Of a stretch of DNA of 64,000 nt, positions 49,800 through 63,300 are shown in pieces. This DNA comes from Podarcis cretensis (taxonomy: Eukaryota). The notes below the pieces were generated by a model, which was not told the origin of the DNA, did not search any database, and worked only from the letters and a program-made list of their open reading frames with translations. Position numbers and translations under genes: made by a program. Location: contig OX638152.1 in assembly GCA_951804945.1 (NCBI GenBank), positions 48,112,001-48,176,000 of the forward strand, in the 5' to 3' direction. Position 1 is the first letter of the stretch. Every line of letters begins with the position of its first letter.

Positions 49800-50440
49800 T
49801 CCAGTCCAAGGGTCACACTCGCCAATTATTCTGTAATAATTGTCTTTCAAATTGTGAGCTCTGGTTTGGGGAATCCATTTTTTAAAAAATCAAACTTAAA
49901 CATATCATGTAACTGATGATACTGTAACCAAGCAGTAACTTGGCTCCTTAAGTCTTCCACTGGGTTCAGTCTGGGTTCCCTCCCTGTAAGGCCCAACCAT
50001 TCCCTATAGGTCACCCATTGTCTATCCATATTAATTCTCTTAATTGCAATTGCTTCAGTGGGGGATAGCCATAAAGGTGCTTTTCTTTACAGCAAGTTTT
50101 TATATTTATCCCAAGCTCTATACAAATCCTTCCTAACAATCTGTTTTGTAAAACCTTTATAAACTTTAGCTTTCCCATACATACCAAAGGCATGCATGCC
50201 AGCCAAATTTCGTATCATGGCCTTCCAAATCTAAAATGTCTGCATTTTCAATTCAATCCATTCCTTTAGCCAACACAAGAAAGCTGCCTCGTTAAAAGTC
50301 TGGCAGGGCAAAGCCTCCTCTTTTATATCTGTCCAATTTTTATGTTTAATTTGTGGCTTTCCCCCCTGCCAGATAAATTTAGAAATATATTTTTCCCTTC
50401 TTTGAGGCTACTTAATTTACTTAAAAACAGCCTTTCAATA
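49800..50440 (-). mobile_element. L1 LINE ORF2 fragment
   Basis: Minus strand encodes SKFIWQGGKPQIK...RGGFALPDF and WLQYHQL, typical of the post-RT region of L1 ORF2; frameshifted. Confidence 0.8.
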
Positions 50441-52072
50441 AGGTTGATGGGAGGAGAGCAAAACACTGTCTCTTAATCTGCAGGGCATGTTCTGTAAATA
50501 TCAACTGGCAGTGTTTCCTACCCCACCTTTTTTTCTGTTACCAGTGCTTCTCTCAGCTACTGACTCCAAGAAGAGAGGAACTGCCTGCCAAAGAAAGAAT
50601 GATCTCTGCAGTTCCTGAACGCATACTTAGGCTGTTCTTGAAGTCAGCAAGTAGGAAGGAGTAGCACTACCTATACAGAAAATACTGAAGATAGTGGTGC
50701 TAGTGGAACTTGCTAGACATAGCGGAAAAAGCCACCATCTAGCACAACTGTTTCTTCCAACTACACTGGGATAGGTATCATTTATTTTAAAATATTTATA
50801 GGCCACTTTTTCTGAGTCAAACTATCAAGAAAGCTTAATGTAATAACAATTTAAAATTACAGCTTCAACAATAAAACAATGGAATAAGAAACAAATTGCC
50901 CATAACTTCAATAAAACATCAATACTAAAATTCTAACGCTCCTACAATATAAAACACAATTCCACCTTAAAAATATCCCTAATTGCATTGCCCTCACAAG
51001 ACAGGTGGCTGCATTTTGAGCCAGCTCAAACAATAGCAGCACACAGGAACAAAACAAACAAACACACTTAAAGCTTTTGCAATTAAAGTTTTCCCCCAGG
51101 AAAAACTTATTTCCCCCTCCTTGAAAAGCACTACTATTGACCAGAAAATTGAGCCACCACTTTATGTGGTCCTCCTTCGTAAGTACGATATGGCAAGATG
51201 TAAATACTATAAATATTCCCAATTTGCCATGAATTCATGATCTTTTAACTGTATTGCTACAGCAGAAAAGAAAAATATGCCATTTGCCAGCAGGGAAAAA
51301 TGAGCAGGGCTGGAGTGGCAGCAACACATTTCCAGTGATGGTGCTGCACTCCCCAGGATACGTAAAGCAGTGATGAAGTCAGGGGAGCTCCAGGTGGCAC
51401 TGCTGCCAACTTAGAGCTCCCCCAACCTTACCCCACTGCTACTCCATACTTCATCATCTGCCACTGCCGCTATTTACCCTATGCAATCTAGGTAGCAGTA
51501 AAAGACATACTTAAATGGGCCAAACAAAAGCATTCTCCAAGTCACCAGTCAAGACATACAAATTTGAATTTGATACTGTGTTAAATCAACAGTGTTACCT
51601 AGTTTGGGTTCCTACCTACATGTATTTTTAAATGACAAAAAGCATACAGAAGTTGTGTGCATAAATTGCACTTAACTGTGTGCATGTAACTACAGAAATT
51701 TAATTAATAGTCAACCCTAATGGTCTTGAGAACACCTTCCAGTGGTTGAATTAGATTTGGAGATCCATGACAAATGAAAAAAACAAAAACATCATTGCTG
51801 ATGACCAGAGAGCTTTTGAATCATGCCAGTTGTAATAAATAGGATTCTACTTCTGCTGCAGAGCTAACAAAGGGACTTCATGGGAGAATAGCATGCAGCT
51901 CTCCTTATGGACACAGCAGTAGTGAGATGTTACAGTTGTGGGGTGACGGCAGGCAATATCAACATACTTCACTTGTGCCTTGGCATGAGCTGCTGACATA
52001 AGGGAAGCTTACCAAAAATAAAAAAAATCCACCCCACTCAAGTTTATGTCAAGATTGTGGAGTCTGGATTAC

Positions 52073-52257
52073 CTGATTTTGTTTGCAGAGTTCATCTGAT
52101 GATCCTCCTTTTGTTTCTTTTTCTGGACTTGGTTCAGACGGCTGAGCATGGACAATCTGCCACTTTTCAGTTTATGTCTTTTTCCTTCTTGGAGGCTACT
52201 GATGTGTTCATGCACTGTTTTAGTAGATGTACATATGCCCTCAAATACCTCAGTAAT
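52073..52257 (-). other. Candidate upstream 5' UTR exon of NRIP1 (185 nt)
   Basis: Acceptor tttttttctttcttctcttacag|ATT and donor CAG|gtaatc on the minus strand, with a purine-rich interior; NRIP1 is known to have non-coding upstream exons. Confidence 0.55.
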
Positions 52258-52319
52258 CTGTAAGAGAAGAAAGAAAAAAAGATGTTGTAAATTATGCAGT
52301 TTAGAATTTTAAGCGTTTA

Positions 52320-52490
52320 CAGTGGTACCTCGGGTTACAGACGCTTCAGGTTATAGACGCTTCAGGTTACAGACCCCGCTAACCCAGAAATAGTACCTCA
52401 GGTTAAGAACTTTGCTTCAGGATGAGAACAGAAATCGTGCTCCGGCGGTGCGGCGGCAGCGGGAGGCCCCATTAGCTAAAGTGGTGCCTC
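52320..52490. mobile_element. Tigger/pogo-like MITE, truncated, opposite orientation to the 2947 copy
   Basis: TA + CAGTGGTACCTCGGGTTACAGACGCTTCAGG...; reverse complement aligns with ~3020-3186. Confidence 0.85.
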
Positions 52491-55400
52491 CTATTAAGCA
52501 ATGATATACTGATACCAACTTCACTCTCACCCTGAACCTTAGAGGAAGAGGACTGGTGCACAAAGACAAATCATAGATTAATGGAATATAAATTGTAAGC
52601 GAACACAAAATGAGAGAGGATATAACTTTGATACTGCTTATATAATGTGGAAGTTAAGGCATGAGCGTAAATGACAACGTTCTGATTTTTGGTGCGTCAG
52701 TGAATTTGTAAAGAGTAATAACCCTTGTTTTAAATGGATGGTTTTTAAAAATCTTAGAATGTTTCTTTATTTGATATTTTCTTTCATTGCACGTCTATTT
52801 CCCGCCAGCAGAGGACCACTAGATGGATATGGATAGGTGAGGCTGTGAAGTATCTGCAGTCCCAAAAAGAATGGACTGTAGGGCTCAGGGAATAGGGTAT
52901 AGCATGCAGTGCAAGTCTAAATACAGAGTGTGCCTCCAAATATTGTGGGATTCCAAAATAAACCTAGGTTCACCAGCAGGGCTTTGGTAGACAGCCAATA
53001 ATCTGCTCTAGCAGTGGTCTGGAGTGGAGTCCACCATGACCTGAAATAATCTCTACCTCCCCAAAGGAGCTCTGTTTCTGAGATGTATGCTCCAGCTGAG
53101 CTGTGGTATGTTTTGTAGCCTCTTGTACTGGTGTACTGGTAATGCCTGGCAATTGCTTTCTTTCTCTACTTTTTATTCCTGCAAAGCTGACATGAATCAA
53201 GACCTCATCTTAAAAATTCCTTAATTTTTAGGGTAGGGTTGGCTGCTTGACGGTATTAGTGGAATCTTTTAAGTTTTGCTTGGTATGCAAGTTAAGATAA
53301 ATCACATTCTTATACTAATTACATATATAATTATGTGCTCTTCTTTAAAAGCAATTGCATACAGTTACAAAGAAATTTCTTCATTATCCCATGTTACGTA
53401 GGAAGTATTGCAGAGGTACAAAGAAGGTTCTAATTGGCACTTTCTGTATCAAGGTATCTTCAGATGGGATGTTTATTGGAGCATTGAATGGAATGTGTGC
53501 AGTTTGAGATTACTTGAACTTACAGACATGCAACACTGGCAAAACAGAAATATTAAACCAACAAAGAGCACTGGACACAGAAACAATTCTCATTCTGAAT
53601 ATATTTTCATTTTCTTAAAGTAATCTCCGACTAGTTGAATATACAGAATTGGCATATATGTGGCAATATTCGTGGAGTAGACCCTCTGAAATAAATGGAC
53701 TTAATTACACTGATTTCTCTGGGTCTACTCTGAGAATGATAAGTCAATCACCCCAAATATTTCCAGAATTTTTTAAGCAGTTATTTTTAAAAAAGAAAGC
53801 AGCCAACCCTACTCATGGCTGGCATGCTGTCTCTATTCCCCAAATGATAGATACTAATTAGCACTAATTGACAACCTGGTTTGCTTTCTCAGGAAAGCCA
53901 GGTCAAAGATTAAATAGGGATGGAGAAGAACTATTATGTGAGCCATAGTTTATAAATGTGACAAAGATCAATCCCCGAGACAAAAACGTGAGAAGTCTAA
54001 AGTTCCTAACCACTATCTGGAAGAATAGTTCATTAATGATGTAAAATATTGTGTTTTTCCATCTAAATTGAAAACAGAATTTAGAAAGAATCAACCTACA
54101 CCTTGTCTAAATAATTTAGAGAAAGATATAAATTACAGTAAAAGTAGTTGAAGTTGTAGGAAATCCTTCATTTTTACCCTATTGGAGGACATCCCTTTAA
54201 ATTTAGTAAGAAGGAGAACTTTACCCAGTGCTAAATCAAGTGTCTGTAACTTTATATGAGAGACCACTTCCCCCTATATTTAGGCTTTGAAATGATCCAT
54301 CTTCTAAAAGAATCAAGGTCAGAATACTCAGTACTCAGCTTAAGCAGTCCAACGAAGATAAATGTTCTCTATTTTACTGTGCTTCCTTCAATGTCATCAT
54401 GACTATACACTTTGTAACCCAGGTCCATTACCAGAGGATTATCTTATCTTTTTTCTTCTGAAACACCAGCTTGTTTTCACTGGTTTAAACTTTGTTCTTT
54501 AACAAGAGACAGGTGCTTAAGGTTTATTTTTGGTGAATTCTAAGGTAATATTCAACCAACTTTTGGTCAGAGTAGACTCACTGAAATTAATGAACATGGC
54601 TAGGTTAGGCCCATTAATTTGAACAGGTCTACTTCAGAAGGGCAGGGTATAAATAATAAAATTGTGTGAACTCTGCAACACTCTGGACCTTTGTCTCTCA
54701 AGTTAAAATTGACTTGATTATGGAAGTCTGGAGTCTGAATATAACAATGGAAAAAGCTGGGGGCGAAACATCATATTTCTTCTGTAGTTTACATACAATT
54801 TAACCTTAAGGTTGTATCCAGTGGTGTCCCTTGCACTGAAGGAAAGCCCAAACTGGGCTCTGTAACCTGAACAAGAAGAGAAGGGATGCTGATTCCGCCT
54901 TCCTCCTTGGGACAACCTAGTATGCAGTTCTGAAGAGTTCATCAACCCTTTAGAGTAGACCTTGGAAGTATACAGGAGGCTGAATCCAGAGAAGATTCAA
55001 GATCTTAAAGAGTGAATCAGCTAATACTACCTCCCTGACCACTCTGCTGATGGAAGCCTCATCTGAATCAAAGGCCGTTCCATCACTGTAAGAGGTATCA
55101 ATGAATGAAACCCTTGATTTTGTTTATTTTTCATTTTTGTTCCACATTTTAACCAAAGGAATGTTACCGCCATAAGACATTAAAAAGATTTAAAACACAC
55201 CAAATACTGCAATACTAATGTCACAACCAGAACAAAGTACTATAAATTAGTAGTATAAATAATGGAATTCCTTCAGCAACTTTTCCAACTCCACAACTAA
55301 GGGCTAAAAATGTGTTATGTAGCAAATCCAGTATCAGATTTCCTGATGTTCTTTCCTCTAACTTTTAAAGAAGCTGTGGGGGCTCCAATTTTCACTCAAT

Positions 55401-55800
55401 CAGTGGCACTAAGGAAGGGGGGCATATCCTTCACCTCCATATTTTTCTCTCTAAATTACTACCCCCAAATCTGTTATTAAACCAGTAGTGGGGAAAAATA
55501 CATGTATCTGTACTGTGCCTACATTTTCTCCCCTGGTAAGCTAATAGCAGCTTCAGGAAGAGAGAGTTGATTTTGATAAGGAAAATCATGTGGGAGTTGG
55601 GAAGGAGGGGGGAAAATCACTTCTTTCCTTTTATGAACAAAATTAGAGCCCCTGTGATTGCTTTCAAATGGGGAATGGGAGAAATCACAAATTTGCTGTG
55701 TTACATCTGTTTCAGCCCTAAGACCTAGAGCAAACTGTGATGTTTTTAATATGGTCAAAGATGAGAGAGAACCTTGGCTTGTATAAACCACGGGCTAGGC

Positions 55801-56057
55801 TAGTGGTCAGCAAACTATTTCAGCAGGGGGCCGGTCCACTGTCCCTCAGACCTTGTGGGGGGCCGGACTATATTTTTTTTTGGGGGGGGGTAAATGAATG
55901 AATTCCTATGCCCCACAAATAACCCAGAGATGCATTTTAAATAAAAGCACACATTCTACTCATGTAAAAACATGCTGATTCCCGGACCGTCTGCAGGCCA
56001 GATTTAGAAGGCGATTGGGCTGGATCTGGCCCCTGGGCCTTAGTTTGCCTACCCATG
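55801..56057. mobile_element. hAT non-autonomous element
   Basis: Ends TAGTGGTCAGCAAACTA / TAGTTTGCCTACCCATG; perfect 8-bp TSD GGCTAGGC (55793-55800 / 56058-56065). Confidence 0.88.
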
Positions 56058-56201
56058 GGCTAGGCTCTAATGCAACCCTTTACCATTGTCTAGGCTAGTG
56101 GTAAGGATAACAATTCATGCTAGATAGTGGGAAGGAGCCAGAGGAAAATAACATGAATCCCAGAACCCACTTTTATTTAGCAGTGCTTAATTACACCTGT
56201 A

Positions 56202-56557
56202 GGGACGCAGGTGGTGCTGTGGGTTAAAGCCTCAGCGCCTAGGACTTGCCGATCGAAAGGTCGGCGGTTCGAATCCCTGCGGCGGGGTGCGCTCCCGCTG
56301 CTTGGTCCCAGCGCCTGCCAACCTAGCAGTTCGAAAGCACCTCCGGGTGCAAGTAGATAAATAGGGACCGCTTACCAGCGGGAAGGTAAACAGCGTTTCC
56401 GTGTGCGGCTCTGGCTCGCCAGAGCAGCGATGTCACGCTGGCCACGTGACCCGGAAGTGTCTCCGGACAGCGCTGGCCCCTGGCCTCTTAAGTGAGATGG
56501 GCGCACAACCCCAGAGTCTGTCAAGACTGGCCCGTACGGGCAGGGGTACCTTTACCT
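56202..56557 (+). mobile_element. Full-length Sauria SINE
   Basis: tRNA-like head (GGTGGTGCTGTGGG A-box, GGTTCGAATCC B-box), (ACCTTT)n tail, 15-bp TSD TTAATTACACCTGTA (56187-56201 / 56558-56572). Confidence 0.95.
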
Positions 56558-57218
56558 TTAATTACACCTGTACTGAGCATTAAGAAAAGAATAAGTGAAA
56601 AAGCTGTGAAAGCTGTGTCAAAAACCATTGACCAATCTAACAAAATCTCTACCCATGGTATAACAAATGAGAATTTTCAAATTACATACTAATTTGTTAT
56701 CAATATATTAATTTTTCTGAGGAAAAAATTCACTGGTAGATATCAACAAATAATGCAAATTCTATGACAACAGAAGAAGGACAATCTGGTTAGTGTAATC
56801 TCACATAGACTGTTCAAGAAGCAAGCTGAGCAGCTTGGGGAAAGGGGGAATAACAACAGCACCAGAAATGTGGTAGCTAAAAAAAGAGGGCAGGGTAGTG
56901 CCAATGGGTTTTGAAAACCTGAGCAGATAGGTGGAAAAAGTGGTTTAAAGCACAGAAGGGCAGGGATTGTTCATTTTAACTGCTTAACATTGCTTTTCCA
57001 GAAGCTCAAAAACATCCACAGAATCAGTACAATAACAATTAACAAAACAGGCCAGAAACAAAACAAATCTATCCAGAGTTTATCAATATAGAAGTTTCAT
57101 TCCCCCTCTGAAATTCTAACTTGCATGGAAACTTCAATATTTCCTCAGGCAACTACTTTCTTCCTAGCTGTTGATATCTATACTCAATAAAAGGATATAG
57201 CAGTTAGTAATGTTAACA

Positions 57219-57581
57219 GGACGCAGGTGGCGCTGTGGGTTAAAGCCTCAGCGCCTAGGGCTTGCCGATCGAAAGGTAGGCGGTTCGAATCCCTGCGGCG
57301 GGGTGCGCTCCCGCTGCTCGGTCCCAGCGCCTGCCAACCTAGCAGTTCAAAAGCACCTCCGGGTGCAAGTAGATAAATAGGGACCGCTTACAGCGGGAAG
57401 GTAAACGGCGTTTCTGTGTGCGGCTCTGGCTCGCCAGAGCAGCGATGTCACGCTGGCCACGTGACCCGGAAGTGTCTCCGGACAGCGCTGGCCCCTGGCC
57501 TCTTGAGTGAGATGGGCGCACAACCCCAGAGTCTGTCAAGACTGGCCCGTACGGGCAGGGGTACCTTTACCTTTACCTTTT
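57219..57581 (+). mobile_element. Full-length Sauria SINE
   Basis: About 97% identical to the 56202 copy; TSD TAATGTTAACAGGA (57208-57221 / 57582-57595, overlapping the element's first bases). Confidence 0.95.
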
Positions 57582-58664
57582 TAATGTTAACAGGAGAGGC
57601 ATCAACTGAAGATAGGCTACCAGGTATTAGTCCCAGGTCATGAAAGCCTTTAAAAGTTAACTCCAGCATCTTGAATTGAACCTGAAATAGTGACTAGTGT
57701 AACTGATACAGGTGCACAGCAGAATTCTGGACCAGTTGAAACTTCAAGGTTCTCAAGACCAGTCTCATGTAGAATGTACTTTAACAGGGAAGCTTAGCAC
57801 TTGAGCGTGGATCACTGTAGTGACAGGTAATCTATCCATAAGAGGTGACAGCCTATGAACCAAGTACATATGGAAAAAAGTGACTCTGAGCAATAGCACT
57901 AACATTCTTTAAAGCTCCCCCAAGCTGCTTATCTGTTCAGTTCAGGATACCATCCTATTACAAGCAAGCAAATACTCTCTATGCTAGGAATTTCTCTAAC
58001 TAATATCATCTCCATCTTTGTCAGCCAGTCAATGTTTTATTGGGTTTGAAATTGTTTTTAATTGTTTTTATACATGCAATTTTTAATATATATATTTTTA
58101 CTGTATTGCAAAATTGCTTTGAGATGCTTCATAGGAAGCTATTTATAAATGAGGTAAATAAATAGTTCAATCTTTCACATTAATCATGTTAATGGGACTT
58201 TCATTCTGTTCTAGCTTAACTTCTGACTTGCCAGGAAAGCACAAATGTTACCCATTCCTTAAGTCCTCCTAACCATGAAAAATGATGCAAGAGATACTTA
58301 GATTCAAATTTCCATTTAAAAAAAATATTTTCTTAAATAAATGACTAGTATTGTTTCCAAGCTATCTGTTGTTGCCCTGTTGCCATAAGTGGAAATTTTG
58401 ATCACATTACAAACTTGGTCCTTTTAAATAAATCTAGTTGTTTGATGTGTATCTCCAGCAACAAATCTGCTATTAGAGGGCATGATTACAGTTTCCATGA
58501 TCTTGCCCCTAACCTCCAAAGTTGTACAGTTTAAAAATTCTCCTAAACTCTCATAGTTCCACCAATGGCATCTGTGTGTGGCCAAGACTGCTTTTATCAT
58601 CTAATTCACAGACTATTAAGAACATAACACAAGAACCTTAGAAGTACAAACTACCTCAGAAGGT

Positions 58665-58790
58665 GCTGGACTGTCGTTCCTTGGACGCCCATCTGTCATG
58701 GATGCTTCAGTTGAGACTCCTGCATTGCAGGGAGTTGGACTAGATGACCCTCAGGGTCCCTTCCAGTTTTACAGTTCTATGATTCTATGA
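58665..58790 (+). mobile_element. CR1 3' end
   Basis: CCTGCATTGCAGGGAGTTGGACTAGATGACCCTC...TTCTATGATTCTATGA. Confidence 0.85.
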
Positions 58791-58872
58791 AGAGCTTGCT
58801 GGATCAGGCCAATGGCTCATCTAGCCCAGCATCCTGTTCTCACAGTGGCCAACCAGATGTCTGTGGGAAACT
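58791..58872 (-). mobile_element. CR1 3' end of a second subfamily; its tail appears displaced to ~58617 by the preceding insertion
   Basis: GCTGGATCAGGCCAATGGCTCATCTAGCCCAGCATCCTGTTCTCACAGTGGCCAACCAG; TAAGAACATAA at 58617. Confidence 0.65.
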
Positions 58873-59129
58873 GAACCCAAGCACATAAACACTCTCTTCT
58901 ACTGAATACAATTGTCTGCCTTCTTATACATATTAGATCTTCCCTTACGCAGCTGTAGTGGATCTCTGGCCTATAAGGCATTTAATAAACCTCTCGTGCA
59001 ATACTTAGTCCTATTCACACAGTAAAGGAAAATTTAGGGAGAGTAAAGTGTGCAGAGGATACACATGCCAGTCCTGTTAACACGAACCTTTAATCACGTG
59101 CAAAACATTATGACAATCATATATAATTT

Positions 59130-59203
59130 CATAGTATCGTAAGTTGTAGAGGTGGAGGGTACCACAAGGATCATCTAGTTCAACCCACTGCAGTGCAGGA
59201 ATC
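59130..59203 (-). mobile_element. CR1 3' end
   Basis: Reverse complement aligns with 58715-58789. Confidence 0.75.
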
Positions 59204-59229
59204 ACAACTCATTTGTATTATACAAATAT

Positions 59230-60310
59230 CTCGAAGTGACTTGCAAAATATCAAAATATACAAAATGGAATATTTAAAACAAAACACAATATTAAAGTAA
59301 TTAAAGCATAAAACAGTTCCTCTATCCCCTTCCAAAACAACAACACATCAGTCTGACCACCAAATAACAATCTCCCACAAAACAAACAAAAATACCACAA
59401 ACTGCTGCAAATAAAACTAAGATACCTGGGAGAATGCAGACATCTTTGTCTGGTGCCCAAAACATGCCACAGCTGGTGTCCAATGAACCTCCCTGAGGAG
59501 GGCATTCCATAAAAAGGGGGCCACTAGTGAAAAGGCACGTCCTCCTGTTGTCACCATACAAACTGCTGCTGGAGGGGCACACAGAGAGGTTGCCACCAAT
59601 GTTGAGCTTAGGGTCCAGGCAGGCTACTATGGGGAAAGCATTCCATAAGGCATCATATCCCTAGTCATGTAAAACTTTATTGTCCAAGACTCAGAAATCA
59701 ACTGGCAGTTGTATCAGAATTGGTTTGGTATATTCAGACCATGTGGTCCTTGTTTATAAACTAAATTCTAACCTAACCTAACCTAAATTATGAACTGTAA
59801 AGGAAGTCACATGCATAACTCGCTACAGTATTCCCGCCACATGTTTAGCACGACATAGACAACTGAGGCCAGTTCACCTGCATCCAGATAGAGCCACAGC
59901 TGGTCAACCAACCAAAACTGGTAGAAGGCATATCTGTAATATGGAGGCCACTTGTGTTCCAATGTCAAAGATGAATCAAAGCTGCATAGCTGAACCTTCA
60001 CGAGTGCCACCCCATATAGAACAGGCTGCACACTACTTATCTGAACCAAGGCACTTACTGTCTCTATCTTGTCTGGATTGAGCTTCAATTTATTGGGCTC
60101 ATCCAGCCCATTACCACAGCTAGACACTGGTTCAGAACATAATCTGCACTCCCAGTTCTGACAACTGCTCCAGAAGCATGCCACAGACAATATCAAAAGC
60201 TGCTGAGAGATCAAGGAGAATCAACACAGTCTCATTCCCACTGGTTCTATCCAAGGCTGTCTCAGGGCCATAACCAGGTCTGTATAAAATGGATCCCAAA
60301 AATGCTTGGG
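59230..60310 (-). mobile_element. Degenerate L2 LINE (RT to 3' end, with deletions)
   Basis: LLDLSAAFD at ~60192-60220, KLKLNPDK, RAFSLVAPFLWNAL. Confidence 0.85.
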
Positions 60311-63300
60311 TCTCTTTTGTGACCGCCCACTCAAGAATCTTGCCCAGGAAGAGGTCAATATTTATTCAGCTCTTCTGGGTTCATGGGATGCTCTTTTTTT
60401 AGGAGTGGCTCATTTAGGAGGCCCACACACCCCTATGCCTACTTCGGTTAGGTTCATCATCTCCCTGGCCCAATCCTACCAGATTTAATAAGCCATAAGG
60501 AGCAAGGAGCAATTACAGTTTAAATGCAATTCTATGTGTGTCCTCAAGAGAGATGTGTTTTTCAAGAACCTAGAGTTCTGGCACAGTAATAGACACATTG
60601 ACTTGCGTACTAATTACAAGGACAAAACAATATTATAATGTAGATGCAGTACAAAGCTTTAAATTTTATTACAAAATAAATAAATAAATACTTTGTATAT
60701 GCAGGCATTTATTTTTACAAAGGCTTGATAAATCCTACCCTTTATGAACCAACAGCTTAGCTTGATAAGTTCTATAGAATGAAAAATATGCAGACTGAGG
60801 TACGGAAAGTTAGTCTGTACACTTGAGGACAGACGAGGGGTGTTAGGGATCTGACAGATTGCAGTAGAGATCCAAGTGCAATGGACAGGTCAAAAGTAGA
60901 GCTTGCAGCATAAGCATGTACATACAGTCATGACCCCTACACACACACACCAGATTTTTTGCGTACCTTAATAGGGCTCTTTATTTTATTTTATTTTTTT
61001 AAAAAAGTTGTGTATATGTGTTAAGAGTACAATGAAGCACTTATCCAAAATTAACTACAAAAAAACTGCATACTGATGGAAGAATACTAATTTGAAAAAT
61101 TCCTGGAAGCTACAAGATCCATTGGAAGGTGTGTTTGATGGGTGAAAAACAAAATAAATGGAAGGAACTGGGAAGTGGAAAGTATTTGGAAGTAAAATTA
61201 AGAGGCATATTTCCTGTTGCATTCTTAAGATTGTATAACATTATGTACTACCAACCCACAGTAAATGGCCTCTTCCAAATCACTGTTTTGGATATGCTTC
61301 CTAATAGAAAGAAATTAATGCCCCAAATCGTATTTTAAAATTATGACAAGAAGAAATACAGATATAAATATATCTGACTGACACAAGATTATCTCTAATC
61401 AAAATGTTCAAAATCTCTGATACTCCCAGTATTCCTATGGTCTGATAGAAATTAAGGTATGTTCCACAAATAAATAATGATTCCCTATAAAATATTATAG
61501 GTGGTAGTTGCCAACAACTGAAACACAAGTCAGAATATTCTTAGAGTTTTGAAGTGGATTCAATGACTTTTGCTCCTTTTGCTTTTTTCCCCCTAGCAGA
61601 TTAAATTGTATTTAAAAGAAAGTTAAGCTCAGTCCAGTACAATTTTATTTATATGTTTGGGCAATAAATAAATCCCCAAAAAACACAAACACCCAATAAT
61701 TGGTTCAAAACAATGCAACACTTATTATGTCCAACAAAAAGTTATTAATTCATTTACTTATATTTAATGGGTACTGGGTAGCTCACAGAAAATTAAAATA
61801 ATGAAATACAATATTAAAAATGCAATTTGAAACAGTAAAAGTAGCATAAATGTTCATTCTTTCTGGCAGATAATAAATATTGGCATGGCAACTATCTTCT
61901 AACTTACAAGTTTTGCTGCATTTACCTGGAAGTCCTATGCACACTTATTTGAAAGCAAATCCCATTAAACTCAGCAAGGTTTTCTTCCAAGTGAACATGG
62001 ATAGAATCATGCTGTTGGTTTTATTTTTGATAGCTTTGTCATTTTTCAAGTAACTACTCATTTATTTCTATTGCATGTATTGCTTTCAGTTGACAACTTG
62101 TGCACCACAGAAACAGAGATTTAAACAACAAATTACATTACTTTGAAGTTGAGCATTATTTATTTGTTATTTATGTATAAGAAAACACATTGTAATGGTT
62201 TGTCCACACTTCTGATACTTACATTGTTAATGGGTTTTTATACTGAGTAATTTTTAGCTATTCACACAATTACAAATCAAATCTGATTCTAAACTCAAAT
62301 ATGCCCTTATTACAATAATCACTCTGTACATCTATAAAACATTAGCTTGAATGCAGAAGGCCATATGGTACATCATAACAGATCTTTGCCTATAGCTTTC
62401 AGTAATCAATACTTCATTTTCATACATTGTATTCAAGCTAAACTTCTTAATATCCATGTCAGTTTTGCCATTTACTCCAAATATCTTAAATGTTTCTGCA
62501 GATCTTTAGAGATGGGATTGCATTTCCTTTTGAAGCTATTGCTTGTGTTCTCTATCAGATTGAAATGCATTACACAAGCTTGCCACCTGTCCCTCATCTT
62601 AACTGCTTGTGATTTTCTGTATTATCAGGTTTGAAATAATTTAAATGTTTTAACGGAGCCAAAAGCAAATATCCAAATAATTACAAACACAACTTCAGCA
62701 ATGTCAACAATGGAGTACTCTACAGAGATCACTATGAAACAGTCTGAATCTTTATTAATAGAGACAGATAACTGAGATCAGCACAGGACTCAGGAAAAAA
62801 AAATACAAATGTATTAACTGATGAGATTTATTGCTGACTCGTTGGAAGAATGGGCACTACAGCACTTTCTTTACAGAATTACAGGAAATTATGGCAAATT
62901 AAAGTTAAAACAAATTTTAATTTTCATCATCTACATTTTATATCTACCTAGAGAGAGCATATTTTAATGGGGAAAAACTCTTTAGCATATTAAAGCATGC
63001 AGCATCTACCATTTGTGAGCATCTTTCCCTTAATTTCATTCTCTGAGCAGCACAGTGTGCAGTAGCAGTGCAGTGAAAGGCAGAAAATGTTAACTTGATA
63101 ACAAAACCATGTCCACAACCAAATATTTCTCTTATTCCTCTGCTTGTTCAGAACTTACAAAATTACTTGTCATTCCATCCATCTCTGCATGTTGCAAAAC
63201 ACTGACATACATTTTTGTTAGCATTCCATTTATGCTACTACTGGAATATACAGGAAAAAACGTGCCTCATTACAACTGGCTACATAGTTTACTGTAGTGA

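Noticed and set aside
56202-57300. tRNA genes suggested by GGTTCGAATCC boxes
   Set aside because: These are SINE heads followed by SINE body, tail and TSDs.
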